Shown here in pieces: positions 8,974-17,846 of a stretch of 24,000 bases of DNA. A program made the position numbers and the translations under genes. This stretch comes from Cellulophaga phage phi13:1. Location of the stretch: sequence record KC821625.1; one strand, 5' to 3'. Numbering within the stretch: position 1 is the first letter of the stretch; every line of letters begins with the position of its first letter. The notes under the pieces were generated by a model. It searched no databases. It was not told the origin of the DNA and worked only from the letters and a program-made list of their open reading frames with translations.

Positions 8974-9020
8974 TGAATTGTCTTGCTTTGGAAGATAATG
9001 GGTTCGATTCCTACAATTCA
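8974..9020 (+). ncRNA. Minimal tRNA-like minihelix (acceptor stem + T-arm) in the leader of the RNase HI gene
   Basis: UGAAUUG 8974-8980 pairs perfectly with CAAUUCA 9014-9020; T-arm UGGG-UUCGAUU-CCUA fills 8999-9013 with GGTTCGATTCC at 9001-9011. Confidence 0.5.
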
Positions 9021-9043
9021 ACTAATCATAAATACAAAATCAT

Positions 9044-9577
9044 ATGAAAACAATTACAGCGTTCACTGACGGATCTGCTGTTGTTCGAGGTTCGAGAAAA
9101 GGTAATGGTGGATTTGGAACATATTTTCCAGATCTATTTGGAAAACAAAAAGCTTTTTCTCAAGGCTATCAACAAACAAAAACAGGACGAATGGAGATAA
9201 CTGCTCTATATTACGCTCTGAAAGCATTTCCAGAAACTAGTGAAGAATCAATCATTTTAGAGGTTTATAGTGATAGCGAATATGTTGTCAAAACTTTTAC
9301 TGAAAAGAGATTAGAACGTTGGGTGATGAATAATTGGACCAACACGTCGGGATTAGTTAAGAACAGAGATCTTTGGGAAGCAATTCTCAAACAACTCAAA
9401 ACTAAAAAATATTTAATATTGAGAATGAATCATATTAAAGCTCATTCTTTAGAAAAATGTTCTCCAGAAGAAAGATCTGAATTATTGCAAAATGAATTAA
9501 TCAAAGGGAATGCTATCGCTGATAAGTTAGCAGATTATAAGCGACATTCTTTTCTTAAAAAAAGTGATAAATTATGA
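9044..9577 (+). CDS. rnhA: Ribonuclease HI
   Basis: TAFTDGSAVVRGSRKGNGGFG, RMEITALYYALKAF, LEVYSDSEYVV, HIKAHS...GNAIADKLA. Confidence 0.92.
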   Translation: MKTITAFTDGSAVVRGSRKGNGGFGTYFPDLFGKQKAFSQGYQQTKTGRMEITALYYALKAFPETSEESIILEVYSDSEYVVKTFTEKRLERWVMNNWTNTSGLVKNRDLWEAILKQLKTKKYLILRMNHIKAHSLEKCSPEERSELLQNELIKGNAIADKLADYKRHSFLKKSDKL

Positions 9578-10002
9578 GTGTACAGAAAGTTTATTTTAGT
9601 TGGAATGATTTTGATCAAAGTGTTGATCAAATAACAGAAGCTTATCGTGAAAAATCATTAACAAAAGTTGTTGGATTATCTCGAGGAGGCTTATCATTAG
9701 CAGTCGCTTTGTCTCATTCGTTAGGAATTGAGATGCAGAGCTTAGTTTGGCAAACTAGAGATGGATCAAAACAAGACAAAACAACTTTGCTTGAATTAAA
9801 AAAGGAATCTGAACTAAATGGAAATTCGATATTGTTTGTTGATGATATTTGTGATTCAGGATTAACGATTAAGCAAATTAAACAAATTATGCCTAACGCT
9901 AGATTTGCAGTATTGATCGATAAACTTGAAAGTGATCGTTTGGTTGAGTTTTCAAGTATATTTGTTAATGAAGGATGGATAGTCTTTCCATGGGAAAAAT
10001 AA
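9574..10002 (+). CDS. Phosphoribosyltransferase
   Basis: VVGLSRGGLSLAVALSHSLG and PRPP-binding-like ILFVDDICDSGLTIKQI. Confidence 0.85.
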   Translation: MSVQKVYFSWNDFDQSVDQITEAYREKSLTKVVGLSRGGLSLAVALSHSLGIEMQSLVWQTRDGSKQDKTTLLELKKESELNGNSILFVDDICDSGLTIKQIKQIMPNARFAVLIDKLESDRLVEFSSIFVNEGWIVFPWEK

Positions 10003-10009
10003 ATAAGTT

Positions 10010-10618
10010 ATGATAATAGGAGTTTCAGGGAAAATGGGATCTGGAAAAGATTCAGTAGGAGAAATCTTACAAAAATTATTTGAAGGAAAAAGATATTTTC
10101 CTCATGAAGGTTGGGTTAAAGTATCACCAAAAACGAGACCATTTCAAAATAGAAAGTTTGCTAAGAAATTAAAGCAAAGTGTCGAATTAAAATTTCCAAC
10201 ACTTTTTGAAGAAAAACTTTGGGAAACATTAGGTGATGAATATAGAAATGAATATCTTCCCCTCCTAGGAATGACTAGGAGAGATCTCTTGATGAAAGAA
10301 GGAATGGGATTGAGAAATGTTGTATGTGCTGATTATTGGCTATCTGCCTTAATGTGTGAATATGATGGTACTCAAGATTGGATAATAACTGACATGAGAT
10401 TGAAGAATGAATTCAATAAAGTTAGAGAAGGAGTTGAAAATATCACTATTAGAGTTGTTCGACCAAATATGAAGTTTGTTGATTGTGTATCAGAAACAGA
10501 TTTAAATGATTTGGAGGATCAGTTTGATATAGTGATTCGCAATTGTGGAAATTATCAAGATCTAATTGAACAAGTAACGAGAGAGTTTCTAAAACATTTG
10601 TTCTTAAGAATCAAGTAA
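10010..10618 (+). CDS. P-loop deoxynucleoside monophosphate kinase-like protein (T4 gp1-like)
   Basis: IIGVSGKMGSGKDSVGEIL plus ITDMRLKNEFNKVRE and IRVVRPN. Confidence 0.7.
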   Translation: MIIGVSGKMGSGKDSVGEILQKLFEGKRYFPHEGWVKVSPKTRPFQNRKFAKKLKQSVELKFPTLFEEKLWETLGDEYRNEYLPLLGMTRRDLLMKEGMGLRNVVCADYWLSALMCEYDGTQDWIITDMRLKNEFNKVREGVENITIRVVRPNMKFVDCVSETDLNDLEDQFDIVIRNCGNYQDLIEQVTREFLKHLFLRIK

Positions 10619-10649
10619 AATATTAATATTAATTAAAACAAATAAATGA

Positions 10650-11297
10650 ATGTCGAAAATTAATCAAATGAAAGCAGTTAAGCTGCAAGATGTTATAAAA
10701 GAAATTCCTAAAGGGATTCATAGAATAGAGGGAAAGTTTAATGTTGGAGTTGATGCTGAGATCAAAATCAATATCAATTCTATTGAAGCGAGTTGTTTCG
10801 ATTTAACAAAAAAGCAAGAAAAAGTATTCAATAAATTCATAGAGCAAAGAATGAATGTTATCGATAGATTAGGACTTTTCTTAAGACTTCATGCGATGAA
10901 AGCTGATTCAACTTTGCAAGAAGATTCTGATATTGAAGTTATCATTTATGCTAAATGGGTTGATGTCGATGCTATTGATCAAAAATATGCTTTATCTAAA
11001 ACAGTATCAGCTTTATATGTTAGCGAAGTTAAAGTTAATGGATCTTGGTTAGATACTCGAAAATTAGGATTAAGTTCTATCGAAGCAAGTATCTTTGATC
11101 TTAATAAATTTCCAGTATTATCTTTATCGATCGATACTGAAGATCCTCAACCAATATTTGATTATATTGAAAAAATTGAAGATGAAATTCGAAACGAATG
11201 TCCTTTTGGAAAAGTGTTCAAAGTTGAAGGAGAATGTGTGGGTTTTTCTTGGATAGTCACTTTAGATTCAAAAACAAAAATCAAAACAACAATATAA
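10650..11297 (+). CDS. Hypothetical protein
   Basis: 215-aa ORF in a nucleotide metabolism operon; no family recognised. Confidence 0.65.
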   Translation: MSKINQMKAVKLQDVIKEIPKGIHRIEGKFNVGVDAEIKININSIEASCFDLTKKQEKVFNKFIEQRMNVIDRLGLFLRLHAMKADSTLQEDSDIEVIIYAKWVDVDAIDQKYALSKTVSALYVSEVKVNGSWLDTRKLGLSSIEASIFDLNKFPVLSLSIDTEDPQPIFDYIEKIEDEIRNECPFGKVFKVEGECVGFSWIVTLDSKTKIKTTI

Positions 11298-11300
11298 TTT

Positions 11301-13670
11301 ATGAATATAATTAAAAGAGATGGATCAAAAGTTTCGTTTAATCCAGCGAAAATAACAAAAAGAATTAAAGTTCAATCAAAAGGCTTAAAGGTTGATGCAG
11401 ATAGTATTGCGATAAAAGTGATTGCTCAAATTAAAGATAATATCACTACAAAAGAATTGGATCTATTAGCAATCGAGCAATCAGCTACACTAGTAACATA
11501 TCATCCTGATTATTCAAAATTATCAGCAAGGCTATCTATAACACTAAATAATAAATATACTTTAGATAAATTTAGTGATTTCGTTAATCTTGCAAACGAA
11601 ACAACAACATTGCTTTCTAAAAGATTCACATCATTTGTAGAAAAATATAGAGAATTTCTTGATTCAATTATAGTACAAAAAAGAGATTTCAATCATGATT
11701 ATTTTGGATTGAAAACTTTAGAAAAATCTTATTTGATTAGAGATGCGGAAAATAATGTAATTGAACGACCTCAATATATGTGGTTAAGAACAGCTATTGA
11801 AGTTAGTAATTACAATATCGATGAAGTTCTTGAAACTTATACAGCTTTGAGTGAAGGATATTATACTCATGCTACACCGACATTATTTAATTCAGGAACA
11901 ACTCATTCGCAATTATCTTCTTGTTTTTTATTAGGAATGAAAGGTGATAGCATAAAAGGAATTTTCGATACAGTTTCAGATTGTGCAGCTATTTCAAAAT
12001 GGGCTGGTGGAATCGGTATTCATGCTCACGATATTAGATCGACAGGATCCAAGATTCATAGCACAAACGGATTTTCAACTGGATTAGTTCCAATGTTGAA
12101 AGTTTTCAATGAAACTGCAAGATACGTAGATCAAGGTGGAGGAAAAAGAAAAGGTAGTTTTGCTATCTATTTAGAACCATGGCACTCAGATATTTTTGAT
12201 TTCTTAGATCTAAAAAAGAATCACGGAAAAGAAGAAATGAGAGCGAGAGATTTATTTTATGCAATGTGGATTCCAGATTTATTTATGGAGAAAGTTGAGC
12301 AAAATGCTGATTGGCATTTATTCTGTCCAAATATTATTCTCAATAAATATGGCAAACTTTTCTCTGAGAAAATAAATCAAGAATTTGTTGAACTTTACGA
12401 AAGAGCTGTTTCTGATGGTAACTTCGTAAAGAAAGTAAAAGCGAGAGAACTTTGGGAGAAAATTTTAGTATCTCAAATTGAAACAGGAACGCCATATTTA
12501 GGATATAAAGATATTGTCAATACATGCAATAATCAAAAGAATTATGGAGTAATCAAATCTAGCAACTTATGTATCGAGATCAATGAATATTCTGACGGGA
12601 AAGAACAAGCTGTTTGTAATTTAGCATCAATCGCTTTATCTAAATTTGTAAAAAGAGATATAAACGATAAGCCTTATTTTGACTTTATTGAGTTGAGAAA
12701 ATACACAAAGCTTGCCATAAAGAATCTAGATAATGTGATCGATACAAATTTCTATCCAACATCAGAAACTGAGATAAGTAATAATAAACATCGTCCAGTT
12801 GGATTAGGAGTTCAGGGATTAGCAGATACGTTCGCCTTAATGGAAATTGCTTTCGATGGAGAAAAAGCTAAGTTTTTAAACAAAGCGATTTTTGAAAATA
12901 TGTATTATGCTGCGTTAGAGCAATCAAAAGATATGGCAATAACAAAAGGTAAATATTCAACTTTTGATCAATCGCCTGCAGCAAGTGGATTGTTACAATT
13001 TGATTTATATGATAACGATATCGAGTTAGATAATAATTTAGATTGGGATAAATTAAAACAAGAGATTGTTAAATATGGTTTGAGAAATTCGCTATTAATA
13101 GCATTAATGCCAACAGCATCTACTTCTCAAATCTTAGGAAATAATGAATGTTTTGAACCATTCACTTCAAACTTATCAATAAGAAGAGTTTTGTCTGGAG
13201 AATTTATTATCATAAATAAACACTTGATTAGAGATCTTGAAAAAATTAATCTTTGGACACCGAATATGAGATTGAATCTATTGAGAGAAAATGGATCAGT
13301 TCAAAATATTGCAAGTATCCCAACTGAGATAAAAGAGAGATACAAAACAGCTTACGATATATCGATGAAAACGATCATTGACTTAGCTGCAGATAGACAA
13401 CGTTTTGTTTGCCAAGCTCAATCGATGAACTTGTTTTTAGAATCAGCAAACATTGCAAAACTAACATCAATGCATTTTTACGGTTGGAAGAAGAAATTGA
13501 AAACTGGAATGTATTATCTTAGAACTAAACCAGCAGTATCAGCTAAGCAATTTACATTAGAAAAAGAAAATATCGTTGATGAAGTTCAAGCTATTGATCC
13601 AGAAGAATACAAAAAAATGATTTTGGCAAGTAGTCAACAGTCTGACGATTGTGAAATGTGTGGAGCATAA
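11301..13670 (+). CDS. nrdA: Ribonucleoside-diphosphate reductase alpha subunit
   Basis: ATP-cone N-terminus; CFLLGMKGDSIKGIFDTVSDCAAISKWAGGIG, AIYLEPWHSDIFDFLDLKKNHG, QAVCNLASIAL, ALMPTASTSQILGNNECFEP, C-terminal DCEMCGA. Confidence 0.95.
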   Translation: MNIIKRDGSKVSFNPAKITKRIKVQSKGLKVDADSIAIKVIAQIKDNITTKELDLLAIEQSATLVTYHPDYSKLSARLSITLNNKYTLDKFSDFVNLANETTTLLSKRFTSFVEKYREFLDSIIVQKRDFNHDYFGLKTLEKSYLIRDAENNVIERPQYMWLRTAIEVSNYNIDEVLETYTALSEGYYTHATPTLFNSGTTHSQLSSCFLLGMKGDSIKGIFDTVSDCAAISKWAGGIGIHAHDIRSTGSKIHSTNGFSTGLVPMLKVFNETARYVDQGGGKRKGSFAIYLEPWHSDIFDFLDLKKNHGKEEMRARDLFYAMWIPDLFMEKVEQNADWHLFCPNIILNKYGKLFSEKINQEFVELYERAVSDGNFVKKVKARELWEKILVSQIETGTPYLGYKDIVNTCNNQKNYGVIKSSNLCIEINEYSDGKEQAVCNLASIALSKFVKRDINDKPYFDFIELRKYTKLAIKNLDNVIDTNFYPTSETEISNNKHRPVGLGVQGLADTFALMEIAFDGEKAKFLNKAIFENMYYAALEQSKDMAITKGKYSTFDQSPAASGLLQFDLYDNDIELDNNLDWDKLKQEIVKYGLRNSLLIALMPTASTSQILGNNECFEPFTSNLSIRRVLSGEFIIINKHLIRDLEKINLWTPNMRLNLLRENGSVQNIASIPTEIKERYKTAYDISMKTIIDLAADRQRFVCQAQSMNLFLESANIAKLTSMHFYGWKKKLKTGMYYLRTKPAVSAKQFTLEKENIVDEVQAIDPEEYKKMILASSQQSDDCEMCGA

Positions 13671-13720
13671 TAATTCATTAGGGAGATTAATTTCTCCCTA
13701 AATACTAATAAAAACTTATA

Positions 13721-14101
13721 ATGGAGAAAAGAAAATTAAAACCTGCAAGAAAAAGAAAAGATTACGAAAGAATGAATTTTACATCACTGTGTCAACAGAT
13801 TGAAGTGAAAACAGGATTTAGAGAAGACGATATCAAAAAAGTTTGGAGAGCAGGAATTGATATCATAATCGAAAGCATTATGCAAAAGAAATCTGTTGCA
13901 TTACCAATATTAGGAATGTTTTATCCAATGATAAGACCAAGCAGATCAGGAGTTGCTCTTCATGGAGGACAGAAAGCTCCAGAAAAGATAATAGTCCCTG
14001 CATTATTTCAATTAAAATTCAGAGTAGGAAAAGAAGCTTCAAGTCGCTTAGCGAGTGTTGAACCAACGAAAGAAGAAATCGATTATTTATACGAAGACTA
14101 A
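13721..14101 (+). CDS. HU/IHF-like DNA-binding protein
   Basis: TGFREDDIKKVWRAGIDIIIESIMQKKSVALPILGMFYPMIRP resembles a HU/IHF fold protein. Confidence 0.6.
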   Translation: MEKRKLKPARKRKDYERMNFTSLCQQIEVKTGFREDDIKKVWRAGIDIIIESIMQKKSVALPILGMFYPMIRPSRSGVALHGGQKAPEKIIVPALFQLKFRVGKEASSRLASVEPTKEEIDYLYED

Positions 14102-15726
14102 TGAAGAATTCATACAAAGAAAAACATCTACCGATAGTTCAAAGAATATTAAAAAAGCAGAAATGCTCAATAAAGCAAGCTGTAATCTTGATGAGTGAAG
14201 AGCTTGATATCGAATATTCTGAAACAATGAGAAAGTCAATCAATAGCTTATTATTGAGAAGAGGTTATCAGAAATCAATCAAAGCTAAGAAAGAGAAAAA
14301 GCAGAAACAAGCAATTGAAAAACTAGAAGAAAGTAGACAATTTCAAGATGCAGTTAAAAAACCATTGATCGAAAAAGAAACGTACATTATTTCATGGGCA
14401 CAAAATGCTACTCCAGTTCATAAGAATTTATTGAGAGGAATGGAATTGTATGCTAAAAAAGTTGATGCAGCTATTCATATTATTGCAGGGCGATATAAAA
14501 ATCCAACTTCAATATGGACAGATAAGCAAGAATGTCAAGAACATTGGAGTTCTGATTTAGATCTATATTTGGATGCAAATAGACAAAGACTTTGCAAATA
14601 TCTTCAAGTATTGGGTGATGTAAAAATATCTCCAACAGCTTCAACTCCACTAAGTGGATTAAAAAGTATTAGTGGATTAGAATCTTGTATAGTTGGACAT
14701 CCAAGACAACATTTGCAATCATTACCAGTTTTGGAAGGTTATCCTCACAAATTGTTATTGTCGACAGGTTCTTGTACTATTGCAAATTATACAGATAGTA
14801 AAGCTGGAAAAAAGGGAGAGTTTCATCATATGTTAGGATTCGTTATTGTTGAGAAAGATTATGATGAAGAAGGAGACGAATTTTTTCACATCAGACAAGT
14901 TAATGCTGATGATGATGGAAACTTTTATGATGTACTTATTCAATATCAAGATGGAATATTAGGTCCAAATGCACATGGTTGTGATGTAGCTGTTTTAGGA
15001 GATGTTCATACTCGACACAATAACAAAAAGATTACCAAAAAGGTTTTTAAGTTATTAGATTTCTTAAAACCTAAACACACTATCGTTCATGATATTGCTG
15101 AAATGGAATCAATTTTGCATTGGGATGAAAGAGATCCTTTTCGATTGCTACAAAAAGAGAATGATGGAACTGATAATTTAGAAGCTGAAGTTGAAGAGAT
15201 TTTAGATTGGATAAAAGATCATCTAAAATACAATTTGGTTATGGCGAGATCAAATCACGATGATATGTTAGATCGTTGGTTGAAATCGTCAGATTGGAGA
15301 AAAGTTCCAAATAAATCTACTTATCTAAAATATGCAAATATCTTAGCTAATAATGAAGTAGCTCAAAATAAAGGAGTATTGCCTTATTTGATTGAAGAAA
15401 GATTCAAAGATAGAGTTACCACATTATCACTTGATGATAGTTTCAGAGTTCATGGATGGGAATTAGCAATGCATGGACATTTAGGAGCAAATGGTTCAAG
15501 AGGAGGTCATGTTCAATTTAAGAATCTTAATACTAAAAATGCGACAGGACATGGACATCATCCACATAGAGAAGATGGTCATGTTATGGTAGGAACGTTA
15601 TCTCATTTAAGAGTTGGTTTTAATCGAGGTCCAAGTAACTGGATGAATGGTTTAGGATTGCTTTATAAAGATAAAAAATTCCAATTGATACACGTAATAA
15701 ATAACAAGTGTTGTAGAGATTTCTAA
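14101..15726 (+). CDS. Metallophosphoesterase-domain protein, possibly T5 A1-like (DNA transfer/degradation)
   Basis: VAVLGDVHTRH, ARSNHDD, AMHGHLGANGSRGG, ATGHGHHPH metallophosphoesterase-like motifs; 541 aa with an HTH-like/basic N-terminus. Confidence 0.6.
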   Translation: MKNSYKEKHLPIVQRILKKQKCSIKQAVILMSEELDIEYSETMRKSINSLLLRRGYQKSIKAKKEKKQKQAIEKLEESRQFQDAVKKPLIEKETYIISWAQNATPVHKNLLRGMELYAKKVDAAIHIIAGRYKNPTSIWTDKQECQEHWSSDLDLYLDANRQRLCKYLQVLGDVKISPTASTPLSGLKSISGLESCIVGHPRQHLQSLPVLEGYPHKLLLSTGSCTIANYTDSKAGKKGEFHHMLGFVIVEKDYDEEGDEFFHIRQVNADDDGNFYDVLIQYQDGILGPNAHGCDVAVLGDVHTRHNNKKITKKVFKLLDFLKPKHTIVHDIAEMESILHWDERDPFRLLQKENDGTDNLEAEVEEILDWIKDHLKYNLVMARSNHDDMLDRWLKSSDWRKVPNKSTYLKYANILANNEVAQNKGVLPYLIEERFKDRVTTLSLDDSFRVHGWELAMHGHLGANGSRGGHVQFKNLNTKNATGHGHHPHREDGHVMVGTLSHLRVGFNRGPSNWMNGLGLLYKDKKFQLIHVINNKCCRDF

Positions 15727-15750
15727 TATAACATAATTACACAAATAATA

Positions 15751-15787
15751 AAAAGAGCAAAAGGTTTAATACTTTTTGCTCTTTTTT
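15751..15787 (+). terminator. Rho-independent terminator
   Basis: AAAAGAGCAAAA / TTTTGCTCTTTT inverted repeat with T-run. Confidence 0.85.
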
Positions 15788-15788
15788 G

Positions 15789-15819
15789 TTGTATAATCAA
15801 TTTGATGTCAGTATCTTTA
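15789..15819 (+). promoter_or_regulatory. Candidate promoter TTG-N20-TATCTTTA
   Basis: TTG 15789-15791 and TATCTTTA 15812-15819, after a terminator and 25 nt before ATG 15845. Confidence 0.55.
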
Positions 15820-15844
15820 TCTCATCATTAAAAAGATAGATAAA

Positions 15845-16273
15845 ATGACATCACAACAAAAATTAGACAACAATAAATTATTAATAGAGAATACAGCTCT
15901 TTTGATGAATGAAAAAATTAAACCAGTTCAAACCATATTTATGCAATGGATTGAAAAATTTGGTCCAAGAGAAACTATTCCTTTTAATCATGATGAGTTA
16001 TCGAGAACTTTCAATATCGATATTGAGATTGTTGGAGAAACAATTCCAGAATTAGGTAGAGGTTTATTTCTTAGAAATAGAGTAAAAAAAGGAAGTAAAA
16101 TAATTTGGAGAAGAATTCGTCCTCAAACATTTATCAAGAAATATCCTCAAGGAAAGTTTTTGATCTTCACTAAAACAAATGCATATGCTATCATTGATGG
16201 TAAAACAAATGCACCGTTAGGAGATCTTGAAAAAGATCCAATTGAAATAGTTTACAAATTCACTTCAAAATAA
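15845..16273 (+). CDS. Hypothetical protein; SET-like N-terminal pattern only
   Basis: GETIPELGRGLFLRNRVKKGSKIIW resembles the start of a SET domain; downstream catalytic motifs not seen. Confidence 0.6.
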   Translation: MTSQQKLDNNKLLIENTALLMNEKIKPVQTIFMQWIEKFGPRETIPFNHDELSRTFNIDIEIVGETIPELGRGLFLRNRVKKGSKIIWRRIRPQTFIKKYPQGKFLIFTKTNAYAIIDGKTNAPLGDLEKDPIEIVYKFTSK

Positions 16274-16274
16274 T

Positions 16275-16430
16275 AATATGAAATATTCTCAAAAAGTTTG
16301 GATTCCTTTATATGGATATCTTTTAGTACGGTTCTTTGGATATCAAGTTGATAATTATGATATTTGGTCAAGATTTCATTTATCTTGTTTACTTATGATT
16401 ACTTTAGTTTTATTAACATCTTACATGTAA
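16275..16430 (+). CDS. Small membrane protein
   Basis: About 51-codon ORF, MKYSQKVWIPLYGYLL...FHLSCLLMITLVLLTSYM, one base after the previous stop; exact coordinates approximate. Confidence 0.4.
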   Translation, partial: NMKYSQKVWIPLYGYLLVRFFGYQVDNYDIWSRFHLSCLLMITLVLLTSYM

Positions 16431-16486
16431 GGTGCATTATATCTAAATAATAACGAAAGTTTAAAACAATTTTAAAACACAATATT

Positions 16487-16705
16487 ATGATTAAGTTAAA
16501 AAACAAATTGAGTAATGCATTTTATATTTTGATAGTTGCAGTTTCTCTCTTCAGTTGTGAGGGTGGTGAAACTAAAACAGAAACCACAGAAACTTACGTT
16601 ACTGTTATTGTCGAAGATTGTGAATATATATTCAAAGATGGAACAGGATATAAAGGCATGACTCATAAAGGTAATTGCAAAAACGTTATTCATAATTGCA
16701 ACTAA
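16487..16705 (+). CDS. Small putative lipoprotein
   Basis: Signal peptide with lipobox-like VSLFSC followed by EGGE; four further Cys residues in the mature part (DCEY, GNCKN, HNCN). Confidence 0.6.
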   Translation: MIKLKNKLSNAFYILIVAVSLFSCEGGETKTETTETYVTVIVEDCEYIFKDGTGYKGMTHKGNCKNVIHNCN

Positions 16706-16721
16706 CAATAATGCACTAATC

Positions 16722-17480
16722 ATGAAAATATTAATAAAAAAAATATCAGATATTTTAGACGAAAAGAACTCAGTGTTTCAAAGAGGTTTGCTTATTACTT
16801 TATTATTGATTAAAGATAGTGATCCAAAAATTACTCTTGCTATTTTCAAAGCCAAAGTAAACTATACTAAATCAAAAGAAGCTCTGATTGATCTTCATGA
16901 AAGAAAATTTATTGATTGGAGTGGATACAAAGCTGCAAAGAAATCTGTAGATTTGCAAAAAATTTCGCCTGACGTTTTAGAAGCAGTTGATTTTATGAAT
17001 AACTTATATGGTCGCAATTTTGATAGTAGTTCAAAATCAACAGTAACTGGATTATCTCAAAGACTTCAAGAACATAATCTCGAGACTATCAAAAAAGTTA
17101 TAGCAAATAGATATCGAGAATGGAAAGATGATCCAATAATGAGCAAACATCTCAATCCACAAACCATATTTAGACCTTCAAAATTTGAAAAATATTTAGA
17201 AGAAGTGAATAGAACAAAAGTTGGTGAATCAATTGTTTCCGCAAATCAATTAAACTTGAATGATGGTGATGAAATTACTTATGAAATTAGCAAGAATTTA
17301 TCAGATAATGATATATATACTGTCAAAACTTATTTATTAGATAGTAATGAAGAATTGATTGGAAGTGGAATGATTCAAAAGTTGCAAGGAAAAGCATTGA
17401 TCCGATTAATAAAATTAGGCCACTCTGCTCAAAAGTTTGGAGATAAGTTAGAAAATAAATACTTCTATATAAAGCAATAA
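16722..17480 (+). CDS. Phage replication protein, conserved phage C-terminal (phg_2220_C-like) domain
   Basis: VDFMNNLYGRNFD...GLSQRLQEHNLETIKKVIANRYREWKDDPIMSKHLNPQTIFRPSKFEKYLEE. Confidence 0.7.
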   Translation: MKILIKKISDILDEKNSVFQRGLLITLLLIKDSDPKITLAIFKAKVNYTKSKEALIDLHERKFIDWSGYKAAKKSVDLQKISPDVLEAVDFMNNLYGRNFDSSSKSTVTGLSQRLQEHNLETIKKVIANRYREWKDDPIMSKHLNPQTIFRPSKFEKYLEEVNRTKVGESIVSANQLNLNDGDEITYEISKNLSDNDIYTVKTYLLDSNEELIGSGMIQKLQGKALIRLIKLGHSAQKFGDKLENKYFYIKQ

Positions 17481-17519
17481 TTTTAGATATTTATAGATCC
17501 ATTAATAAAATATATCAAT

Positions 17520-17840
17520 ATGAAAAAAGTAATATTAGAAAGTCCTTATGCTGGTAGTGTTAAGGCGAATGTCGAATATGCAAGATTATGTATTCGAGAT
17601 AGTTTACTTAGAGGGGAAGCTCCAATTGCAAGTCATCTTTTATATACTCAACCAACAATTCTAGACGACAATATTCCCAAAGAGAGAACTATAGGTATTC
17701 TTGCTGGATTAGCTTGGAAAGATGTTGCAGATGCTCATGTATTTTATTTAGATTTAGGAATGAGTCCAGGAATGAAATATGCTTTAGATTTAGCAGAATC
17801 AATTAATCAAAATATTGAGTTTCGAACGATTTTTAAATAA
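17520..17840 (+). CDS. Nucleoside 2-deoxyribosyltransferase-like protein (DUF4406/DUF7768 type)
   Basis: ESPYAGSVKANVEYARLCIRDSLLRGEAPIASHLLYTQPTILDDNIPKERTIGILAGLAWKDVADAHVFYLDLGMSPGMKYAL. Confidence 0.7.
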   Translation: MKKVILESPYAGSVKANVEYARLCIRDSLLRGEAPIASHLLYTQPTILDDNIPKERTIGILAGLAWKDVADAHVFYLDLGMSPGMKYALDLAESINQNIEFRTIFK

Positions 17841-17846
17841 AGATAA

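Noticed and set aside
3152-9011. attP-like remnants of host tRNA 3' ends
   Set aside because: No integrase seen; two copies with different but self-complementary flanks and identical promoter spacing fit a leader element better than integration sites. Not fully excluded without host sequence.
3132-9023. Complete tRNA genes at the two GGTTCGATTCC sites
   Set aside because: Only 11 nt (copy A) and about 18 nt (copy B) separate the acceptor strand from the T-arm; there is no D-arm, anticodon arm or encoded CCA, so they cannot be standard tRNAs.
15845-16273. Functional SET-domain methyltransferase
   Set aside because: Only a GRGLF...VKKG-like start is present; the NHS/C and terminal Tyr signatures needed for SET activity are not apparent.
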